From the human T2T-CHM13v2.0 reference genome, Homo sapiens: a DNA stretch of 64,000 bases. Positions 55,015 through 64,000 of the stretch are shown here, one piece after another. A program made the position numbers and the translations under genes. Below the pieces are notes generated by a model that was not told where the DNA came from, ran no database searches, and saw only the letters and a list, made by a program, of their open reading frames with translations. The stretch lies in NCBI RefSeq assembly GCF_009914755.1, contig NC_060946.1. One strand, written 5' to 3'. How positions within the stretch are numbered: position 1 is the first letter of the stretch; every line of letters starts with the position of its first letter.

Positions 55015-55329
55015 TTATAATACAATAATTTCTATTTCTTTGGGTATATACTAAGTAGTGGGATTGCTGAGTCAAATGGTATTTCTTTTTTAGGTCTTTG
55101 ATGAATTGTCACAGTGTTTTCCACAATGGTTGAACTAATTTACACTCCCATTAACAGTGTATAAGTGTTCAAAATAGAATTTTAACCAGTACTTGAAATC
55201 AGGCAATCAGGAATGCCTTCTGAAGAAAAATATGTATAGCTGAGAATAATGGATAACTGGGAGTTACCCAAATATAATGCAGACGGAAGAGTAGATGAAA
55301 GAATGTGCAACTGTCCAAAGTTTTGCGGT

Positions 55330-55890
55330 TCATCTTAAAGCTAATGAAGAGCAACTTCTGGCTCTTAAGCAGAACATTAACGATTTGACCTGAACCTCCC
55401 AAAGCTCACCCCAGTTCTCCAGAGGAGAGAATGAATAGAAGGAATCAAGACTAAAGACAAGAAACTAGTTAGAAGGCTGTTGTGGTGTTCCAGATGGTAA
55501 GCTAGACTTGGATAATGACAGCAGGGTTGGAGGAAAGTGGGTGCTTTGGTGAGCTATAGAGGGTATAAATGATGAGACTTGGTGATTGACTGATTTAGGG
55601 GTTAGAGCTGAGGGAGAAGGAATAGCCAAGAATACAATGCCTTAATTTCTGATTTGGGCAACTAGGTGGCTGGGTGCACAACATTAAGAAAAAATGAAAA
55701 GGAATCAGATTTGTTAGGGACACAGAAAGATAAGATAAATGCAGCTTTGGACATGTTGAGCTTGAGTTGCCTGCAAGACATTCAAGCAGAAGTGTCTAGA
55801 ATTCTACGGGCTCTAATATGCAAGAAAGATCCAGCCTGGAAATACAGATTTGGGAGCCACCAGTGTACACATTGTTTTTAAAGCGTGGAG
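55330..55890 (-). mobile_element. L2 fragment
   Basis: 'ctagttagaaggctgttgtgg', 'gacttggtgattgactg', 'tttggacatgttgagcttgagttgcctg'. Confidence 0.75.
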
Positions 55891-55904
55891 AAGAGTATGC
55901 AGAG

Positions 55905-56110
55905 CAGAGATTTTCAACCAGGGAAATGCCACAACCCCTTCAGGGTATATTTTGGAGATGTACACAAGCATTTTGTAGTTGTTACTGTGACTGGGGGCAA
56001 TAGCTGGCTTCTACTGGGTGGGAGCCAGGGATACAGGTTGCCCTGCAATGTTGGAGATAGTCCCACACAAAGAATCCTTCTCTGTCCTGTGTTACTCTCT
56101 CACTGTTTAT
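55905..56110 (+). mobile_element. MER20B-like hAT-Charlie fragment
   Basis: 'cagagattttcaaccaggg...gtgactggggg...gccaggga...cctgcaatg...atagtcccacacaaagaat'. Confidence 0.6.
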
Positions 56111-56239
56111 AAAGATCTGAGCTTAGATAGTCTAACTCCAAGTAAATACCTTTTTTAACATTGCTTTATTATACGTTGGGTTTTCTAGGAATGCAACTAC
56201 AGGGTAAGGGGAAGGAAGACTTCTCTGTAAACCCAGTCC

Positions 56240-57625
<1,386 letters not shown>

Positions 57626-59683
57626 TATGGTAAGATTAGCTCTTATGCCGTCATGTTTTCTTCCCAAACTATTGATTCTGGCATAAATTCCATGAGAAAG
57701 ACTTTCTTGTTGATATTCAAAGCTAAGCGTTCAGAATTTTTTTTAAAACTTACTTTATTTCTCAAAACAACAACAATAATGAAAGTCTTGTTTTTCAAGA
57801 CTTCTGGCTCTTCTGGAAGTTCATATCCATTCAGGATCTCAGTTGTGTCCTTGGTTCTAGGCCACATTCGCAGTAGCAGTAGGAAAGCAAGTCTGGTTGT
57901 GCAAGGTGAGTCTGGGGTATCAGAAAAAGAACCCTCAACTGCTGTCTCCAAATACTCTTCTCTGCACATATTGGAGCAGCTCTGATCTTTGGGACATTCT
58001 TGGATGAAGCCACAGTCTTACTCTCTCTAACCTTTATCATTTGACCTTGGTACTTCTTTCTAAGATGAGCAAGGACAAGACTCTCCCTTCTTCTTTCAGG
58101 CCTAATTGAAGGCCTAATTTAACCCTTCAGTCTTTGCACTCCCACGCACTGTCCCATCTCTTAGTCTTCTCATTCAAACATCTACTGGTTGTTTATCTCT
58201 CCTCCTATGACACCAGTTAAATTAAGCACTTTCAACATCCTAGTAGAATCTTCTGCATGGACTCAGATTTGTCTCTATCCCTCTTACAGCGCAGGACCCA
58301 TGATGGACACAATATTCTAGGTGTTATGTAACTGTGCATGGATGAGCCAGAACAGAACCAGTCCCTGAAGCTTTACTTACTTATTTGTGCAACCACTTCA
58401 CATTTGTCCAGAGGGTTCAGTGTTATTCTAACAGAAACAGAAAGTAACTGCAGGGTTTTAAACAGGAGGATCAGAACTGAGTTTCCCTAAGCTCGCCCCA
58501 GAGGAGCGAATAGATCAGAAGAGTCAAGGCTGAAGGCCAAAAACCAATTAGGAGGCTGTTGTAGTGTTCTTGATGGTAGTTCGCTGGGAAACTCTGGTCC
58601 CTAAGTCCCATTGACACATGTTCTGTGAGGCTAGATTACCCCTGTCTTACACTTCTGAACTTGGATTTTGGTTTCTTTTTTCATGGGTTAGGAGACAAGG
58701 GCCCTTATTTTTTTAATCCGAAGCCTTTAGTCATTTATTTGGGTTAAGCCAAAATGTATCCTCCTTGTGCTCCTAAAACATGCTTCTAAAATTTTACTTG
58801 GCATTATTTTTCTGTGTATTCAGGTTTCTTATTACATTCCCTCCCACCCCTGCCCTAAAGCCTGGGGTTTCTTTGAAGAGAAACTCCGAGCCTTTTCTAT
58901 TTTACATCCCCATAGCACAAAGCAAAGTGCCTTGTACACAGCTACCCTGATCGCATTTGTTGAATTAAGCTAAGGTGAATGGGTCTGAATTAAAAGCCGC
59001 TGTTAAAAATGCAAGTATGCTATCTGGGCTCCACATGACATTAAGGTACCCATTAAAACCTTGGCACAGAGTAATTTATTGAATCAGTTAATAACCACCC
59101 AGTAGGCAGTGAAGGGCTGAAACATGGGAAAATATAGCTTAGACTTGGGAGAGCCTTGAGGGAAAGGGCTGTGTGGTACAGAAATGAGACACAAGTCTAC
59201 TGGCTGAGGAGCAGGCAGGTTGAGTCCTGCATCCAATAAAGGGGCATGGAGTTGAAGCCAGAATAAACTAGAGTTCAAATGCTGTTGCTTACTAGCTCTG
59301 TGACCTTGGGAAAGTTAATTAACCCCTCTGGACCATGACTCTGCCTAAAGAACCGCACAGTCAAATGCCAAATACTTGTACAGCTTGTCTTTGATTTCCT
59401 AAGGTTATACACATTGTGTTCAGTCTCATATATTTCCGGATGTGTTGTAGATTGGTGCCTGGCACATTACAGGCCCTCAATGTCTACCAGTTGGATGACT
59501 GAAAGTGACTGGGGCATCCGCCTGTCATGGGTACGAAAGCCAGCTTCACCATTCTCTACCAGCTTGCTCCAGGTAAGACTTCAGCTCACAGTGCCTCGCT
59601 TTTTAAATCTATGAAATGGGAAGTATAATGCTTTCCTCTCCTCTCAGTTTATCACAAAGATAAGCTTATCACAAACTTTAAAG

Positions 59684-60071
59684 TGCCTTAGTCCAGTTTC
59701 TGTTGCTTATAATGGAATACCTAAAATGGGGTAATTCATAAGAAAACGAATTTCTTTCTTATAGCCCTAAAGGCTGAAAGGTGTAAAGTTGAGGGGCCAC
59801 ATCCAGTGAGGGCCTCCTTGCTGGTGGGGACTCTTCTGAAGAGTCCCAAGGTGGCCCCAGGCATCACATGGTGAGGGGGCTGAGCATATGATCTCAAGTG
59901 TGTCTTCCCCTTCCATGATAACCCGTTAATCCATTAATGGATTAACTCACTTATGTGGGCAGAGCCCTCATGTTCCAATCACCTCTTAAAGGTCCCACTT
60001 CTCAATACTGCCACATTGGGGATTAAATTTCAACATGAATTTTGGAGGAGACAGATATTCAAACCATAGCA
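59684..60071 (-). mobile_element. MSTC-like LTR (MaLR) inserted in a MIR
   Basis: 'tgccttagtccagtttctgttgcttata...gctggtggggactc...caatcacctcttaaaggtcccac...attcaaaccatagca'; TSD TAAAG/GAAAG. Confidence 0.88.
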
Positions 60072-61568
60072 GAAAGTATGCAAAACACCTTGCACACAGT
60101 TGTTTATTAAGTATTGGTGCTTTCCATTTCCCATTGCTAACACACTTAATGCCATTTTCACACATTTTTTGGACAGAAGAGAAATTGCTTGGCAGTTGGA
60201 TGTTCCTGAAATTTTCCCTTCCAGATGAATTTCTGATCACAAAAGACATGAATTACTTTAGGTGAACTTTCCCTCACTCTCTGTATGTGAACTTGGACTG
60301 CAGTTTTATGTGCTCAGGTGCCTTCACTTCCTTTCCCCAAAGAAAGAAAGAAGCAAAAATGTGCATATGTTCACTCACACCCCTCTGAGCAATGACAGTA
60401 AACAACCAACACACTGCAGGAGCCAAGAGGCTGGCCCTGTGTGCCTGTGTATTTCTAGCAGCCCTCACGTAAATGGGCACGTGGCCCCCATTGAAGCAGA
60501 AAGTTTACAACTCGCAGGTGCAAGAACAATTTTTCAATTAGGGATAATATGGTTCTTCATCACGTTTTTCTGGAGCCGTGTGGGAGGAAGGGTTCTAGCC
60601 AGGTGGAAACTCAGCACAACAGTTACAGTTTAGTAATCTGAGATGTGTTTTGCCAAAAAACAAAAAGCTTCTGATTGATTCCATAGCTTTGCAAGATATA
60701 AGTCTATGGTGGTGATTGGTGATTTACTCCTGCTGGAATGAATGAGTAGATTTAGTGGTAGCCTTTTAAAAATTCTTGCAAATGTATGAACTTATTCACT
60801 GGCCCTTTCTGTTTCATCAGGCTGAATTCTCGTTTTGGCTCAATTATCAGCCTCCACATCCCATTGATTTTCTCTTTTAATGTCTCTCCTATCCATCTTA
60901 CCCCTTTTAAAGCAAGCCTGCGTTCCTGCTGGTCAGGATGAATAGATATGATAGTAGAGCTTCATTCTACCTTAAAGGAAGTAGTTGGGATGAATAGAGA
61001 GGAGGCAGAGGTATTCTAAGTTCTGGGGAAAAATGTGGGAACATGTCTGCTTAAAGAAAGGACAATTAAAAAAAATGAGTGTGTGGCACTGAGGACGTAA
61101 AGATGCAATGCAAGGTGAGGTTGAAAATGTAGATCAGAATTAAGTTGTTGAGAAACTTGATCACCTTATACATGTATTTTTGACTTTAATGTGAAACCCA
61201 TGGGGAATTATTGAAGAATTTAGAGAAGAGAAAATGTTGTCATCAGTCTGGTGTCTGTACGAAAAGATAAGATAGATTGGAGCAAAGACTAGAAGGAGGG
61301 AGATTGGGTAGATGTACTCAGGTTTCGTAATTGGGAGGAAGAAAGAGAATATAATTCCACTCAACATGGTTTGAGCCCACCTGTGTAACAATCCAGAGGC
61401 ATGGAAGGATCAAATGCCCTTGTCAATACCAGAGATTTGACGTTGAGAAACTGACACAAACACTAAAAACTGTAGAGAGCAGAGATGATAATTTTATTGA
61501 ATTTTGCCCCCAAGACTCACAATGCAATACAGATTCATATTCAGTAAACACTTATTGGGAATCTACAC

Positions 61569-61910
61569 TATCAGGAATGCTTTTTAACCACAAGTAATGG
61601 AATACACAAATAATAGTGGCTTAAAGACATTAGTTATATCACATGACAAAAAGGCTAGAGATCATTGTTTTTGTGTTAACTTGTTGCATTGCTATCATAT
61701 AACTGCTTTCACTTCAAGCACTGTGCAGAGCCTCCCAGAGGACCTCCGTGTGTGCTCCTTTGGTTCTTCCTAGGTTCCATAGCCAGCCTTAGCTGCAAGG
61801 GAAGCTGGAGAGTGAGCATTTAGCATTTCTAGCCTATAGAGTAAAAGGAAGCCAGGGAGGAAAGAATTGGGAATAAAGGTTGGATCAGCCACCCAGCAGT
61901 GAATACCACA
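61569..61910 (-). mobile_element. MLT1J/K-like LTR remnant
   Basis: 'caagtaatggaatacac...agtggcttaaa' and 'ccttagctgcaagggaagctggagagtgagcattt'. Confidence 0.68.
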
Positions 61911-62815
61911 CCTTCTAATCTGCCAAGCACTTTCACAACCAACATTGCTGCATAACATTCTTAGCCATGAAGTAAATATCATCTCCAAAATTATCAACAC
62001 AGAAACATAGGCATGGAAGGATTAAGTGGCCTTCTCAGTATTGCATAGCTAGTAGCAGAGATTTGAAGTTGAGAGACTGACAAACACTCCTCAACTAACT
62101 GTATACTTCAGAAAAACTGTGCCCACATGAAGAAAGGTGAAGAGTTAGTCAAAGGACTATAAAAACCCAGAAAATAAATGTAACATTTGAGCTAGGCTTT
62201 GAGTGAGTTTTTACATGCAAAGAGTCAAGAAACAGCATTCATGGTACATGAAACAGAAGGAACTATGACCCAGAGTCACACAAACATTAGAGACACGTTG
62301 TTAGGGAAGGACAAGGAGTCCACCAGTTGGAGAAGCCAGGACATCTTCCAAGAAATGGACTGAAACCACAGCAGTAACTCTCACCCCAGGTATCTGTCTC
62401 GAGGCCACCCTCCCTCAGATGCAAACAGAGGCCACACTGGCCCCCAAATCCACTGCTCTGAGAAAGTGGAACTGGTGCCCACCAGGCTGAGGTCATGACT
62501 GAGGTCTTCACATACAAGCCATTTGTAGAGAATTTGTAAATATCCACCAAATAGTGATTTGCAGAATATAAATTTGCAGAATATAATAGGGTGTGTTGGA
62601 AGCACCAATAAATAAATATTGGGGCTGTAAAAAGTTTAGTCTGAGAAAAAGGGAAGCAGTTACTTTACTGCAGTGTAACTTTGGTAAAAGCAAAAGAAAA
62701 ATCTGAAGAAACAAAATCCAATTTGGTGAATCTGACCACATAAGCAATATGAGAGTAAACCAGTCTAGGTTAACTCCCAAGCTTACCACTTCCTAGCTTT
62801 GTTACCCTGGGCACA

Positions 62816-63265
62816 TGTGAACAAAAGTTCTCTAAAAAGGAATTTTGAGGAAAGAGACTTTATTCCAGAGAAGTGATTGCAAACTTGGAAGATGCAACCT
62901 TCAATGTAAAGGAAAGGTGCCATCCAGAGAACAAAGGGAGAGTTTTGCTTTTATAGAGAAAATTCACACCCAGGTTCCCAATCAGGTTCATTTATGCAAA
63001 TGAAGCATTCAAACTTGCTTAGTTCTAATTGGTTGATATAGTTGATCCCTGATTGGCCAAGGCAGGTGAGCTCTGATTGGTTAGTTCCCAAATTAGACAT
63101 TTGGGAGTTCTGAAGGTCCCAACCTTAAACCCGAGGAATGAGTTTTCTGGGAACTAAAAGATATGTGTGACCTCTAATTAGCAAATGACTGCTTGACTAT
63201 TTTAAATTTAGGCTCAGTTAGGCTCTTGGGATTCATTTTGAAGAACTGGCTCTTTCAGGTTCACA
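62816..63265 (-). mobile_element. ERV1 solo LTR (MER101-like) inserted in a MIR
   Basis: 7-bp terminal inverted repeat TGTGAAC...GTTCACA; minus-strand CCAAT boxes, TATAAAA (62949-62955) and AATAAA (62859-62864) in LTR order; family name from recall. Confidence 0.78.
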
Positions 63266-64000
63266 TTTGGAAATATTTCATATTTCTTCTCCAATCTGAG
63301 CCCCATGACCTATAGCAGCTTAGTATTATGCAAAGCCCACTGTTTTTTTAATCAGATGGCCAAGCCCAGGCTGTCTGACAATAGCAAGTCACATGGACTT
63401 ACTGAGCATTAATTTCCTCATCTGTACTTGAAAATCAAATCTGAGTGAAATTTACCTTGGTGTTCACAGATCCTAGCACCGGGAAAATGCCCAAGAAATG
63501 CAAGTTACCATTATTAGCAGTATTCCTAGTGTCACTCTGATTAATATAAACAATGAGAGCAATAATACCTACTTCACAGTGCTGTTGAATAGACTAATTA
63601 CTAATGAATAAAATCATTTAACCAGCCTTGTAATGTGAAGTACATAAACAAATACTTGGTTCATTTGCTTCTTTCTCACCAGCTTTTTCTTGGCTGAAAA
63701 CAAACTTTCCATTTAAAATCAAAATTTCAGTAATGATAACAAGATCTCTTCTCCATGGTTTTCTGTTGGCTGAGTCTGTGTGGTTCATTGATATACCCAG
63801 AGGTGATGTCAGCTCAGAATTCGAAAGGGCAGAATGATGGGTGGTCCCAGGTGGAAGTCTTGATAAGCTGATAAGATAGGAAGAGAATGAAGATAGATAG
63901 GAAATTTAAAATATTGGCAAGAGAGAGATCAAAGCGAAGGGTCGTGGGGGTTAGGCTTGAAAAGGAGAGAAAGGCAAGATGAGGTTGATGGATAGGAAGA

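Noticed and set aside
57643-57969. 108-aa minus-strand ORF in unique sequence, with an overlapping 121-aa plus-strand ORF
   Set aside because: No recognisable domain or homology; length is within chance for 64 kb; a protein search would be needed to revive it
59925-59946. Perfect 22-bp palindrome GTTAATCCATTAATGGATTAAC and a nearby GGGACTCTTC-T-GAAGAGTCCC hairpin
   Set aside because: Both lie in the MSTC LTR, whose consensus as I recall has these self-complementary tracts, so they are inherited and not locus-specific

Overview
Primate (most likely human or great ape) non-coding DNA, intronic or intergenic. It is CpG-depleted, has no CpG island and contains no recognisable host protein-coding gene or RNA gene. 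Interspersed repeats dominate: Alu J/S and FLAM/FRAM, L1PA/L1PB/L1MB, L2, MIR, MaLR LTRs (THE1D, MSTC, MLT1), ERV1 LTRs (MER41B, MER101-like), ERVL pieces and hAT DNA transposons. The only long ORFs are broken L1 ORF1/ORF2, ERVL pol fragments, Alu read-throughs and a (TCC)n artefact. Repeat subfamily names come from recalled consensus sequences, not from a search, and the boundaries of old elements are approximate. The main unexplained structure is a recurring set of short local copy events, 14-145 bp, direct or inverted, taken from adjacent sequence or from up to 4.3 kb away. They sit at about 8.5, 18.8, 24.2, 25.0-25.9, 32.0, 43.2 and 56.6 kb and look like fossil templated-repair scars. Also notable are a four-armed AT-rich inverted repeat, a decayed two-LTR ERVL-class provirus of about 7 kb, a MER41B LTR that keeps one STAT GAS site, and a twin-primed L1 missing its 3' end. 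I found no convincing new gene system.
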